Shown here: piece after piece, positions 21,177 through 30,847 of the stretch
How positions within the stretch are numbered: position 1 is the first letter of the stretch
Layout of the letters: each line of letters starts with the position of its first letter
NCBI GenBank assembly: GCA_027459745.1
Contig: DAIDHL010000001.1
Span: 77,828 to 141,827 of the forward strand
Direction: 5' to 3'
Length of the DNA stretch: 64,000 nucleotides
DNA from: Candidatus Levyibacteriota bacterium
Lineage (GTDB): Bacteria > Patescibacteriota > Microgenomatia > Levybacterales > UBA12049
The notes under the pieces: model-generated
Told to the model about the DNA's origin: nothing
Databases searched by the model: none
The model's input: only the letters and a program-made list of their open reading frames with translations
Position numbers and translations under genes: made by a program

Positions 21177-21944
21177 ATGAAATTTTCTCTTATATCTTCT
21201 ACAGGTGTTCGTGAAGTGATTATAGTCTTAGGAACAATCATCATTGCGCTTTTATTAAATGTGCTATTACGATCATTCATTAAAGTCCCACCTTTGTTGA
21301 ATCCAAGGAGAAGAAAGATATATGTCACAGTTTTGCGTAATCTTATTACCGTTGTACTAGTATATATAGCTCTACATGTTATTTTTGTCGTGTTGGGTAT
21401 CAATATTACTCCACTTTTGGCATCTGCAGGGATAATCGGTATAGTAGTCGGCATTGGCGCGCAATCATTTGTCAAAGACCTTATTGCTGGATTTTTTTTG
21501 GTGTCTCAATCAAGTGTTACCGTTGGAGACTTTCTACTTATTGCCAAAGGTGTTGAAGGAACGGTAGTAAATATGGGTCTGAAAAATATGACTTTAGTTG
21601 GGCAAGATGGATCGTTAATAATTGTGCCCAATGGTCAGGTAAATATTATTACCAACTTAACGCATGGTAAAGTTAGTAATAGAATCGATGTAACGATTAA
21701 ATTTTTAACTGAAGTCGATAAGATTTTAGATGTTTTCGAAAACACTCTAGATAATTTAAAAACAAATAAAGCTATAAAAGTCTATCCTGAATCAAGAATA
21801 ATTGGTATAAAAAATATTGCGGTTATGGGTATTACTGTCAGTGTACTTCTAGTTACGCCTTATTACCAAAAGGAAAATGTGCAGGCTGCTTTTCACTACG
21901 CACTTCTAAAGGAATTTGAAAAAAAGGAAATAAATTATAGCTAA
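21177..21944 (+). CDS. mscS: Small-conductance mechanosensitive channel
   Basis: LLASAGIIGIVVGIGAQSFVKDLIAG, VGD, IVPNG. Confidence 0.88.
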   Translation: MKFSLISSTGVREVIIVLGTIIIALLLNVLLRSFIKVPPLLNPRRRKIYVTVLRNLITVVLVYIALHVIFVVLGINITPLLASAGIIGIVVGIGAQSFVKDLIAGFFLVSQSSVTVGDFLLIAKGVEGTVVNMGLKNMTLVGQDGSLIIVPNGQVNIITNLTHGKVSNRIDVTIKFLTEVDKILDVFENTLDNLKTNKAIKVYPESRIIGIKNIAVMGITVSVLLVTPYYQKENVQAAFHYALLKEFEKKEINYS

Positions 21945-21970
21945 GCTAAATAAATAGTTGTATATTATAA

Positions 21971-22507
21971 ATGTTAAGTATGCAGCATTTGTTATTTGTT
22001 ATCCATAAACACGAAGCAACTAATCTACACTATGATTTTCGCTTGCAGGTTGGAGATGTCATGCCTTCCTGGGCGATTCCTAAAGGTCCCACACTTGATC
22101 CTACTCTAAAGCGCTTAGCTATGATGACAACAGATCATAGTTTAGATTACCGCAACTTTGAAGGGGTATTACCTGAGGGTTCATATGGCGCAGGTCCGGT
22201 GATAATTTGGGATGAGGGATATTATTTGCCCGAAGTAGAAATAGAAAAGAATAAAAGACAATTAATCGAAGACATGAAGGAAGGAAACCATGTAATGAAA
22301 GCAGGTCTGGAGAAAGGGGAGATTAAATTTCGCCTGTACGGCACAAAACTGCAAGGATCATTTGCATTAATCAAGACAAAAGGTTTTGGTCCTAAAAATG
22401 CTTGGCTATTGATTAAACACAAAGATAAATTTGTCAAAAAAGATTATGACCCTAATGCATATCCCAAGTCAGCACGTAGCGGTAAAACTATACAGCAAAT
22501 TATATAA
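21971..22507 (+). CDS. Stand-alone LigD 3'-phosphoesterase domain
   Basis: FVIHKHEATNLHYDFRL, SWAIPKGP, YGAGPVIIWDEG, WLLIK. Confidence 0.92.
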   Translation: MLSMQHLLFVIHKHEATNLHYDFRLQVGDVMPSWAIPKGPTLDPTLKRLAMMTTDHSLDYRNFEGVLPEGSYGAGPVIIWDEGYYLPEVEIEKNKRQLIEDMKEGNHVMKAGLEKGEIKFRLYGTKLQGSFALIKTKGFGPKNAWLLIKHKDKFVKKDYDPNAYPKSARSGKTIQQII

Positions 22508-22547
22508 ACAGTTGATCTTTATAAATATCTATGTTATATAAATTCTA

Positions 22548-22958
22548 ATGTTTACAGTAGCTATTTGTTGTTCTAAGCGATTTAAGAAAGAAGAAAGAAA
22601 ATTTTCAGTCAGGTTGCGTAAACTAGGAGTAAATGTTTATGAACCACCTCTACACTCATCAAACATTTGGGACAAATTAGAAGAATCAGATAAACTGGCC
22701 TTTGCAGCAGGTGCGACTTATCGTCACTTCCATAAAATTAGAAAATCTGATGCTGTCTTTGTTTTAAATGTAGATGGATATGCTGGAGTGAGCACAAATA
22801 TGGAAATTGGTTATGCCGCAGCTTTAGATAAAAGAATTTATTTTTTACAAAAAGACGATGATTATCCTCGTATGATTTTAATCGATGGGTATGCCAAAAC
22901 TCCCGAAGAATTAGTTAAACTACTTCAACAAGTGCAAACGCCAGATATATTAGATTAG
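22548..22958 (+). CDS. Nucleoside 2-deoxyribosyltransferase-like protein
   Basis: KIRKSDAVFVLN.DGYAG.ST.MEIGYA. Confidence 0.7.
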   Translation: MFTVAICCSKRFKKEERKFSVRLRKLGVNVYEPPLHSSNIWDKLEESDKLAFAAGATYRHFHKIRKSDAVFVLNVDGYAGVSTNMEIGYAAALDKRIYFLQKDDDYPRMILIDGYAKTPEELVKLLQQVQTPDILD

Positions 22959-23052
22959 TTGATTTTATTATAACTATTTAAATTCAATATAGAAAAAGCT
23001 TAGTTTGTAACGTATACTTGAATCAATACGTGAACTCATGTATAAAATAATT

Positions 23053-23271
23053 ATGGCAAAGGAAGAGGAAAAAGTCGTTAATGTAACCAAATGGAAATAT
23101 ATCGGCAGCAAAGGAGAGCCTGGGGCTCTTTATGGTTTGGGAGTAATAGGTGTGGCTGTTTATTACCTTCAACATGCGACTACTTTTTGGATGGGTATCT
23201 TGGGAATAGGGAAGGCTATTTTTTGGCCAGCCTTTTTAATGTATCATATTTTTGAAATGTTAAAAATGTAG
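23053..23271 (+). CDS. Small membrane protein
   Basis: GALYGLGVIG...GILGIGKAIFWPAFL, 2 TM. Confidence 0.6.
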   Translation: MAKEEEKVVNVTKWKYIGSKGEPGALYGLGVIGVAVYYLQHATTFWMGILGIGKAIFWPAFLMYHIFEMLKM

Positions 23272-23322
23272 TTTTTTATGATTTTTTAAGTATCCTCTTG
23301 TAATATCTGTTATAATTTAATT

Positions 23323-23871
23323 ATGCATAACTTTTTTTCCGGCTTGATTGGTTTATTTGTTGGTTTAGGCGCTTTTTTTCATGGAAATTCGGTACTTCCA
23401 ATTCAACATACTCAACCTCAAATGTTACGTGAGGCATCAAACTCAGCAAATGTTAATCTCAATCCCTCCGGTTATATGCGTTCTGGAGAATTTGGTAATG
23501 AACATCTAGCTTCTATGTCCGGACAACGTCCATTTTTTGGTAAAGTTACAGAGGTTAATGGTTCTACTATAACAGTCACGTTAGTTGTTCCACAATTTAG
23601 AATGATGCATCCTTTGAATCCTTCTATAACTCTCACTATTACTCCTCCTGTAGCCAAGACAATTAATATCTTACTTGATGATACAACTAGATATAATGGC
23701 GGCACACAATCCGACATAATTGTTAATACAAATATCGCAGGAATTGGAAAACTAAACACTGATGGAAGCATTACAGCAGAAACTGTACAAATCAATCCTA
23801 CTGTACCAACTAGTTTTCCTACTCGCCGCTCTGAAGATCGTTTCCCGGCGGGACCAATGCGTAACCATTAA
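23323..23871 (+). CDS. Secreted DUF5666-like (OB-fold) protein
   Basis: GKVTEVNGSTITV...GKLNTDGSITAETVQI. Confidence 0.6.
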   Translation: MHNFFSGLIGLFVGLGAFFHGNSVLPIQHTQPQMLREASNSANVNLNPSGYMRSGEFGNEHLASMSGQRPFFGKVTEVNGSTITVTLVVPQFRMMHPLNPSITLTITPPVAKTINILLDDTTRYNGGTQSDIIVNTNIAGIGKLNTDGSITAETVQINPTVPTSFPTRRSEDRFPAGPMRNH

Positions 23872-23939
23872 ATATATTTCTTACTATTAATTTACTGATT
23901 CTTGCCTCTGTTTTTATTTTCTTCTCATAAAATATAGTT

Positions 23940-24509
23940 ATGTCAAAAAGAGATTTTATTTTGTTCTTTATCTTAGGGCTTATGATTGGTATGAATTTAT
24001 TCTTTTTTAATCCGTTTGCTCATGCGCAACAGAATTCAATAAACTCAAATAATGGAGTACCTTCTCAGGCTGTAAATTCTTCGAATGTTAGTCCTAGCAC
24101 ATCTAATCAGCCTCAGTTAACTAATATTCCAACCTCTGTAACCAGTCCTTTTAACTTCACATCGTTGCCGACCAATACAGGGGGACCTCAGAATGATATT
24201 TATGAATCAAATCAGTTAACAGTTAACCGCTCTACTGTCCAAGTAGATGACTGGGTTAAAGTGAGCGTAGGCATCAAAAACGTGGCAACATATAATAAGA
24301 CAATTCAAGCATTATGTTTTGAAAGCACAGCTGGTAATTTTGGATGTGACTGGGGAATAAATTTAACTCCTGGTCAAACATATTATGCTAATAATATCGG
24401 TAGCTGGACTACTACTGGTACGCAAAATATATGGGTGACATGGACACAGGATGGGGTTAATTGGTATCAGCCTCTTAATGCACATATCGTCAGTATAAAT
24501 GTTATCTAA
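23940..24509 (+). CDS. Secreted protein, S/N/P-rich linker plus beta-rich domain
   Basis: Signal peptide ending AHA; Cys pair in the C-terminal domain. Confidence 0.6.
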   Translation: MSKRDFILFFILGLMIGMNLFFFNPFAHAQQNSINSNNGVPSQAVNSSNVSPSTSNQPQLTNIPTSVTSPFNFTSLPTNTGGPQNDIYESNQLTVNRSTVQVDDWVKVSVGIKNVATYNKTIQALCFESTAGNFGCDWGINLTPGQTYYANNIGSWTTTGTQNIWVTWTQDGVNWYQPLNAHIVSINVI

Positions 24510-24554
24510 TCTTCATATCTTCAGCAAATAAATGGTATTTGTTATAATCCACTT

Positions 24555-25214
24555 ATGAAAAATACAAAGGTTGCTATGATAAATAACTATCTGCAATTTT
24601 ATACCAAAGCAGAAAAACTAAAGACCACGATGCGTCATTCATGGTTAGCTGATTCTAATCGTCAAGAAAGCACAGCCGAACATTCTTGGATGCTGGGTTT
24701 ATTGGCCATAGTTTTAGCAGATGAACTTGAAAGAAAAGTGGATAAATCTAAAGTTATTGAAATGGTTATAGTTCATGATTTGGCAGAAGCTGTTACCGGT
24801 GATATTCCTTCCTTTGAAATTTCCACAAGACAAAATAATAAGCATAAAGCTGAAGAAAAAGCTTTGGCATATATTGTTGCCGACTTACCTAAAAAAACAC
24901 AAAAGAGAATTATAGATTTATGGAATGAGTTTGAAGAGTGCAAAACATTAGAAGCTAGGTTCGCAAATTCTCTCGACAAGGTAGAGGCTTGCATACAACA
25001 TAACCTAGCAGATATTTCTACGTGGGACGATGGTGATTATAACATTGGACCTTATTATAAAAATCATTTTTTTGATTTTGATTCATTTATACGTAGTTTT
25101 AAGGATAAGGTTGATGTGGATACAATGCAAAAAATAGTTGATGCGAAACAAGAGAAACGAGTTTCAATTGATCATCTAGAGAGGTTTAAGCATAAGCAAA
25201 AATTCAAAAAATAA
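24555..25214 (+). CDS. HD-domain hydrolase (YfbR/HDDC2-like)
   Basis: ESTAEHSW, VHDLAEA..GDI, DKVEA. Confidence 0.88.
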   Translation: MKNTKVAMINNYLQFYTKAEKLKTTMRHSWLADSNRQESTAEHSWMLGLLAIVLADELERKVDKSKVIEMVIVHDLAEAVTGDIPSFEISTRQNNKHKAEEKALAYIVADLPKKTQKRIIDLWNEFEECKTLEARFANSLDKVEACIQHNLADISTWDDGDYNIGPYYKNHFFDFDSFIRSFKDKVDVDTMQKIVDAKQEKRVSIDHLERFKHKQKFKK

Positions 25215-25225
25215 ATCTCTATACT

Positions 25226-25253
25226 ACATTCTCAGTAGTACTCCTGAGAATGT
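25226..25253. terminator. Hairpin between convergent genes
   Basis: ACATTCTCAG-N8-CTGAGAATGT perfect 10-bp inverted repeat. Confidence 0.65.
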
Positions 25254-25264
25254 TAAGATTTAAA

Positions 25265-25768
25265 TTAAGGTGTAGGTGTTACACTTTGTTTACCCAGTTC
25301 AAAGTGTATACCAACTGGTGCCGGCAAAATATATCGAAAGTCAATGCCCTTTGAGCTAGCCCAGGATTTGAGTGCTGTTCTTTCATTTTTCAAAGATTGT
25401 TTTCTTTGTTGTGCTGTCATATTTTGCAAAGAAAAAAGACTATATTTAGACCTCAATGCATGTAGTTCATTAATGATATTGGACTCTTGAGAGCTGGAAA
25501 TTTTACCTTGACTTACAAGTTTGTCCAGTCTATTTTTTTGCCTTAGCTCCATACTTTGTAATCTTTTTTCTTGTTGTTGTTCAGAGTATGTATTAATAAG
25601 AGTTTGCACATCTGATTCATTTAAATCAAATTTGGTTGCTATAGATTGAGCTAAACTTGGTAATGAATCAGTTGATTGTGCATTAGCAACGACTATGCTG
25701 ACTCCGAATAGTATTCCGCTTGCTACTAATATTGCGACTAATGGACTTAGAAATTTATTTGATTTCAT
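25265..25768 (-). CDS. Secreted helical hypothetical protein
   Basis: Signal peptide ending ANA; LDKLVSQGKIS motif; strong SD AAGGAGGTG. Confidence 0.7.
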   Translation of the reverse strand: MKSNKFLSPLVAILVASGILFGVSIVVANAQSTDSLPSLAQSIATKFDLNESDVQTLINTYSEQQQEKRLQSMELRQKNRLDKLVSQGKISSSQESNIINELHALRSKYSLFSLQNMTAQQRKQSLKNERTALKSWASSKGIDFRYILPAPVGIHFELGKQSVTPTP

Positions 25769-25930
25769 TATTCACCTCCTTTTAACTGCCTGATGATAGT
25801 AGAATAACTGATCTTACTGAAAAGTTGCTGATAGATCTATCATTCTTATATCTCTCTTACTTGCCTTTGAATAACATTTTACTCACGAGCGTTATTCTAT
25901 ATGCAGTTAAAACAAAGAGAGGTGAAAAAT

Positions 25931-26152
25931 ATGAATTATAAACCAACAGAACAAAAAGAGAATGATAACTTAGAAAATATTAATTTTGACGAAGAGCAAG
26001 CTCAGAATCATATAACATCTAAAATTTCTGAAAGAGGCTTAAAAGGAGGACAAGCAACAAGGAAAAGAAGAAAGTTTATTGATGATAAACATGTCATAGA
26101 CAGTAATCCTGCGTTTAGGAAAAAAACTAAACATATAAGAAAAGTTACTTAA
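25931..26152 (+). CDS. Small hydrophilic protein with one KGG-like motif
   Basis: SERGLKGGQA; SD GAGGTG before ATG 25931. Confidence 0.55.
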   Translation: MNYKPTEQKENDNLENINFDEEQAQNHITSKISERGLKGGQATRKRRKFIDDKHVIDSNPAFRKKTKHIRKVT

Positions 26153-26229
26153 ATGAAATGACAGACTTTCTATTTCTACCGTTGGATAGTCAAAGGGTAA
26201 GTCTATTCAGCGGTAGGTTTGTAAAGTAT

Positions 26230-26406
26230 ATGACTAAGTATAGTAAAAAATCACAACAAAAAGTAAAAAAAGCGATGCATGAGATGCATAAAGGAGAATT
26301 GGAGAGTGGAAAGTCACATGAAAAAGTTACAAGTCGCAAGCAAGCAATAGCAATCGGCTTGTCCGAGGCACGTAAAGAAGGAGCAAGGTTGCCCAACAAG
26401 CAGTAA
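26230..26406 (+). CDS. DUF6496-like small basic protein
   Basis: KVKKAMHEMHKGELESG...VTSRKQAIAIGLSEARKEG. Confidence 0.75.
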   Translation: MTKYSKKSQQKVKKAMHEMHKGELESGKSHEKVTSRKQAIAIGLSEARKEGARLPNKQ

Positions 26407-26454
26407 GTTAAATTAGCTAGATTCAATTATATTGAAAGGAGGTGAATAACATAT

Positions 26455-26715
26455 ATGGCTAATAGTAATCGTGGTTTAGCTTCTGCAGATGAGCAAACAA
26501 GAGAAGAAGTTGCTCATGAAGGAGGAGAAGCAAGAAAAGCACAAGGTGCTGATTACTCAGAAATGGGTCACAAAGGTGGAGAAGCTGCTCAAGAGAGTGG
26601 ACATGCTCATAAATTGACTCATGAGGAGCAAAGTGAAGGTGGTTCTCATAGCGGAGGCAACTTCAAAAATAATGACCGCGCATCAGAAGCGGGTAAAGTA
26701 GGAGGTAGCAGATAA
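26455..26715 (+). CDS. General stress protein, KGG-repeat (YciG/GsiB/Con-10-like hydrophilin)
   Basis: RGLASAD, SEMGHKGGE, GGNFKN.DRASEAGKVGG; strong SD. Confidence 0.88.
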   Translation: MANSNRGLASADEQTREEVAHEGGEARKAQGADYSEMGHKGGEAAQESGHAHKLTHEEQSEGGSHSGGNFKNNDRASEAGKVGGSR

Positions 26716-26794
26716 GCTACAATTTTGAACTTCAGCCTACCGCTAAGTATTAAATTAGTTTACTTGGCGGTAGGAAAGGGATAGAATTAGAAAT

Positions 26795-27061
26795 ATGTCA
26801 GCTAAAGTATGCATCCATCGTAATCAAATCAATAACAGTTTACCTCAGAAAGATATAACAGTTTGCCAAGACTGCATTAAAACCGGAGATAGTTGGGTAT
26901 CGTTACGTCAATGTTTAACATGCGGACATGTAGGATGTTGTGATAGTTCAAAAAATAAACACGCTACCCAACATTTTAAATCCACCAAACATCCAATCAT
27001 GAAGTCAGTAACACCAGGTGAAGAATTTATGTGGTGTTATATAGATGAAGTTTATTTATAG
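26795..27061 (+). CDS. UBP-type zinc finger protein
   Basis: CQDC...LRQCLTCGHVGCCDSS..KHATQH...WCYIDE. Confidence 0.9.
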   Translation: MSAKVCIHRNQINNSLPQKDITVCQDCIKTGDSWVSLRQCLTCGHVGCCDSSKNKHATQHFKSTKHPIMKSVTPGEEFMWCYIDEVYL

Positions 27062-27486
27062 TGTTTTTTAAATTCTAAAAATAATTTTACTTCTTTGATG
27101 ACATTGGGGTCAGTGATATAGTTTAGTGATTCTTGGGGAGTAACCCATTTATATTCTACTTGTTCTGTTTTATTTAGTTTGATTTTACCATCTTTATATT
27201 TTGACCAGAAACTTACTCCCAAATGCTCGATTTTTTCTTGTCCCCGATAAAAATGAAAAGTTGTGAAAGGCGCAATTAATTCAATTTCTATATTTAGTTC
27301 CTCTTTAGTTTCACGTAAGACAGCTTGTTCGCAGGTCTCCCCTTGATCTACTCGACCGGTGATTCCAGCTTCCCATTTGTTGGGAGCATGGTCTCTATTC
27401 GGTCCACGTTTGGTAATAAGAATTTTATCATCTTTTTCAATAAGTACGGCTACAGCGACATTAAAGATTCCTATCTTACTCATCAT
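27052..27486 (-). CDS. NUDIX hydrolase
   Basis: GRVDQGETCEQAVLRETKEEL. Confidence 0.88.
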   Translation of the reverse strand: MMSKIGIFNVAVAVLIEKDDKILITKRGPNRDHAPNKWEAGITGRVDQGETCEQAVLRETKEELNIEIELIAPFTTFHFYRGQEKIEHLGVSFWSKYKDGKIKLNKTEQVEYKWVTPQESLNYITDPNVIKEVKLFLEFKKHYK

Positions 27487-27614
27487 TTATTCTACCACGA
27501 CAATTGAAAACTATGAATACTAAGTCTATACTACTGACATGACAGTACATCCCAAAAAAATTTTAATAAAGCATGGTGGGTAGAATATCTAAAACGAAAA
27601 ACTTAATATTTATA

Positions 27615-27780
27615 TAAATTTTTAATAATAATTTTTAGAAGCTATAAATCTTCTAAGATTGTTTGCCAGATAACTTCCTCGTCAATCCCAATGTATTCAC
27701 GAAGTACTTTATTGTACATGCATATTACTTCAATCCACAGAAGTTTGGAATTCTGTTCTTTAAGCTTTTATGAGGGTTAT
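27615..27780 (-). pseudogene. Degenerate HepT/DUF86 (HEPN) toxin remnant
   Basis: Minus strand reads KLKEQNSKLLWIEVICMYNKVLREYIGIDEEVIWQTILEDL*LLK, with in-frame stops. Confidence 0.7.
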
Positions 27781-27791
27781 TGAAATTATTT

Positions 27792-27986
27792 TTATTTTGC
27801 AAATACGAATTTTGATATTTTCTTCATAAACTTAAAATGTCGTTTAAGCTTTTTAGGTAAATGATTGTAAAGAGTAGCTACTATTGCAATAACTACAATA
27901 AAAACAAAAAGAACAATTGATATAACTGTAATTATTGCAATCCCACTCCAACAAAGGAGCTTATCTGAGCAATACAAGATATACAT
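27792..27986 (-). CDS. Small single-TM protein
   Basis: Hydrophobic stretch followed by a basic tail. Confidence 0.4.
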   Translation of the reverse strand: MYILYCSDKLLCWSGIAIITVISIVLFVFIVVIAIVATLYNHLPKKLKRHFKFMKKISKFVFAK

Positions 27987-28117
27987 ATAAATTTAAAATT
28001 TGAGAATTCTGATCTAATTCATCATAGCAGGAATTAATTATTAAATAATAGATCATGGGGTAAATTTTGCAGTCGAGAAATCACTGTATAAAAGTTATTA
28101 CATCAGTCTTTGGCATT

Positions 28118-30733
28118 TTAGTTTACTTCTCTCGCGCCGACTTCAACGACCGTAAAACCAGCACGCATGATTTTTGGTAAGATTGGCGCAGTAAGCTGTT
28201 GGCTAGTAGTGACTGGCTCTAAGAGAAGCTGTATGCGATAGATATGATCAGGTGAGGGAAAGATTGTGAGGGGTAAATACCTTGCAAGTTCTTTTGGAGA
28301 AACAAATGAAACCTTCACCTCAGATGTGGTAATTGTCTGTGCGCTGCGAGTCACATCCGCCAAGAGTGCAGTTGATTCATTATCATTTAAACCCATTTTT
28401 GTTGCTAGTTGTTTAATAAAACTTACCAAATCGGTTTTGTTTACAATGTACCCTTGTTGGGGAGTGGTGAAATGAACGGAGTTTGGGTCATATTCATAGT
28501 AAAGTTCATCACGATTCATGCCGTTAGTTTGTAGGTGTCCATTTGGTTGGGCAGTCACCTTCCAGGTGTTATTGACCACAGTAGGATCAGTATATGTGAG
28601 TGTCGCCCCACTCTTCACTTTAACTACTTTGGTATTTTGGGGATAGAGGAAAAGCGCGGGAGAAACTCCGCTAATATGACAACTTATCGTAGTGTTAGAA
28701 ACTCCAATATTACTTTTCAAAAACACCCAACCAAGATATGTCAACGTCGATGAAGAGAATAAATCTGATTTAGCGGCAATTATAGAAATTTGATTATTTT
28801 GAATCGCTGCATAAATATCATTTGCAACGTTATTTGCATTCACTTCTACTTCAGGCACAAATGATGCTATTTGGGGTGAAGAAAGAAAAACATTGCCAGA
28901 ACCTTCACTAGCGCAATTATATAAAGGTGCTGATCTCTGATAAGGAATATTTACTGGACATGTTCCGTATCCAGGTGGGATAGGATTTATAGCGTTGCTA
29001 GCTATGCCTGTAGAGATCATACCAGAGTTTATATAAAAGAATAATGTTTTTACATCCTCAGTATTTTTAATATACTGATATATAGATTTATTTTGTACTA
29101 AATATTTTGCAACATTAATATCGTATTGTTGCTCAACTGTTTTATAAAAGGTATCTTTGATTGCCGCAAGAGCATTTATAGGAACACTACGAGATACAAT
29201 ATTAAATGAATGAGGCGTTTTAGCATCTGACTGCACTAAGACAGTTCCTACTCCAGGAACATTTAGAGTTATAGCACCTCGAGTCATGCCTGAAGCATTA
29301 CATTCCACAGTTCCTGAATTCGAGTAAGTCTCAGATGGAATTAACGTTGGTGTGAGGAGAATCTCAGATGCAGTAGTTGTTGCAACTGTTGGAGTAATCT
29401 GGAAAGTTTTGAGCTGCAGTGAGTTGGGATTCTGTGTTTGAGCAAAAACTGGTGGTATCACTGAGGCAAAAAATGTCGTCATTTTATCCATTAAAGAAGT
29501 CCATGAGGAAGAAAGATTGAAAGCAGTATTTTCACTTAAGAAGGTAGTAAGATTCGTCATCGCCGGCACCATCTGGACGAAATTGACGCGGTATCCTGAA
29601 TTAAGCGTTGTGTAACCCCGAAAGACATACATTGGAACGAAATTTGTTTGTACCGCATCATCAGGTTTCTCAATATACGCCAGTTGTTCGTCTGTTATTG
29701 TTGCATTTGTGGCAAAGGCTTGATTGTTCGGATAGACACTCTGCCAGTTGATCACTCCACTACCCGAAGGGATAGTTAAAGAAAAAGATGCTAGATGATT
29801 CTCCAATCTTTTTTGAGCAACTTGTGGTGAGAGAAGTTTATCTGGTTGGAATGTTTGAGTTTTTGTACTATCTATCCAACGAAGTTTTGAATCTATTTCA
29901 TGAATCATACCATTGGGAGTAACGACTACTGTTAAGGTATTGAAATCATTTGGTCGTGCTTTCCCCGTTGCTTCTGGTTGTGAGATGCCATTAGAGATCA
30001 CATTGATAATATTGTGGTCAGCCGGGCTTTGTGCATTGACCTCTCCAACTTGTAGAGTGGATAAAGGTATATTTTCTGGAATATTGAGTAACCCTATAGG
30101 ATTGTAAATCGGTGCTCCAATTTTGTCCCAATCTCTATGACACTCCACATAAGTAGAGGGTGTGGTTTTCATTTGATAGGTGATCGGACAAGAGACAGTT
30201 GCATCGGCAATACCAAGCTGCGAAAGCATGGCCATCGCTTCTTCTTGTGGATTCATACCCGAAACGTAATTTGTTGGAGTAGTGTCGGCATATGATTGAT
30301 AGTCAAAAGTACCACTCAATCTATCAAAGACCAATATTCCCCGATGATACACATCTGTCCTATTGGAAACCATGTCATAATGAGTATTGGTAGATTGAAA
30401 GTCAGTCAGACCGAGCTTCTGGGCAAATGAAAGAATCTCATCCTTGGTAAAATTACTCTTCATCGTATAAGCGGAAAGCGTCTGTGGAACGACTGGGGTA
30501 ATGACATTTGGAGCAGAACTGTATGTATGGAAGTTAACTGTAGGAGCAGGATACATTTGTGATGTTGTTTTTTTTGTCAGGTTGGTTGAAGATGGTGAAA
30601 CTTGTCTGTTTAAATTTGACCTATTTATAAATAAAAGCAAGATATTTAGAAGACATGAGGCTATGACAACTATACTTATACTGATGCTTAGCTTTTTATG
30701 TTGTTGGTACCAACTTTTTATATCCTCAAGCAT
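28118..30733 (-). CDS. Large membrane-anchored extracellular protein
   Basis: N-terminal TM; C-terminal domain PALFLYP...WKVTAQPNG...RAGFTVVEVG resembling the uncharacterised KPVIYLYP domain. Confidence 0.7.
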   Translation of the reverse strand: MLEDIKSWYQQHKKLSISISIVVIASCLLNILLLFINRSNLNRQVSPSSTNLTKKTTSQMYPAPTVNFHTYSSAPNVITPVVPQTLSAYTMKSNFTKDEILSFAQKLGLTDFQSTNTHYDMVSNRTDVYHRGILVFDRLSGTFDYQSYADTTPTNYVSGMNPQEEAMAMLSQLGIADATVSCPITYQMKTTPSTYVECHRDWDKIGAPIYNPIGLLNIPENIPLSTLQVGEVNAQSPADHNIINVISNGISQPEATGKARPNDFNTLTVVVTPNGMIHEIDSKLRWIDSTKTQTFQPDKLLSPQVAQKRLENHLASFSLTIPSGSGVINWQSVYPNNQAFATNATITDEQLAYIEKPDDAVQTNFVPMYVFRGYTTLNSGYRVNFVQMVPAMTNLTTFLSENTAFNLSSSWTSLMDKMTTFFASVIPPVFAQTQNPNSLQLKTFQITPTVATTTASEILLTPTLIPSETYSNSGTVECNASGMTRGAITLNVPGVGTVLVQSDAKTPHSFNIVSRSVPINALAAIKDTFYKTVEQQYDINVAKYLVQNKSIYQYIKNTEDVKTLFFYINSGMISTGIASNAINPIPPGYGTCPVNIPYQRSAPLYNCASEGSGNVFLSSPQIASFVPEVEVNANNVANDIYAAIQNNQISIIAAKSDLFSSSTLTYLGWVFLKSNIGVSNTTISCHISGVSPALFLYPQNTKVVKVKSGATLTYTDPTVVNNTWKVTAQPNGHLQTNGMNRDELYYEYDPNSVHFTTPQQGYIVNKTDLVSFIKQLATKMGLNDNESTALLADVTRSAQTITTSEVKVSFVSPKELARYLPLTIFPSPDHIYRIQLLLEPVTTSQQLTAPILPKIMRAGFTVVEVGAREVN

Positions 30734-30847
30734 ATATTCAGTATGGGATAATAGAAATGATTTGTAAAGATAAAAACCTTAGTGTAGGATTTTCAGTCTC
30801 CGGCTCAGTGAATAATAAACGAACTTAAATTACTGGTAATTAAACCA

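Noticed and set aside
26180-26200. GTT...GGGTAA as a SigB-type promoter
   Set aside because: Spacing is too short, and the sequence is better explained as part of a hairpin
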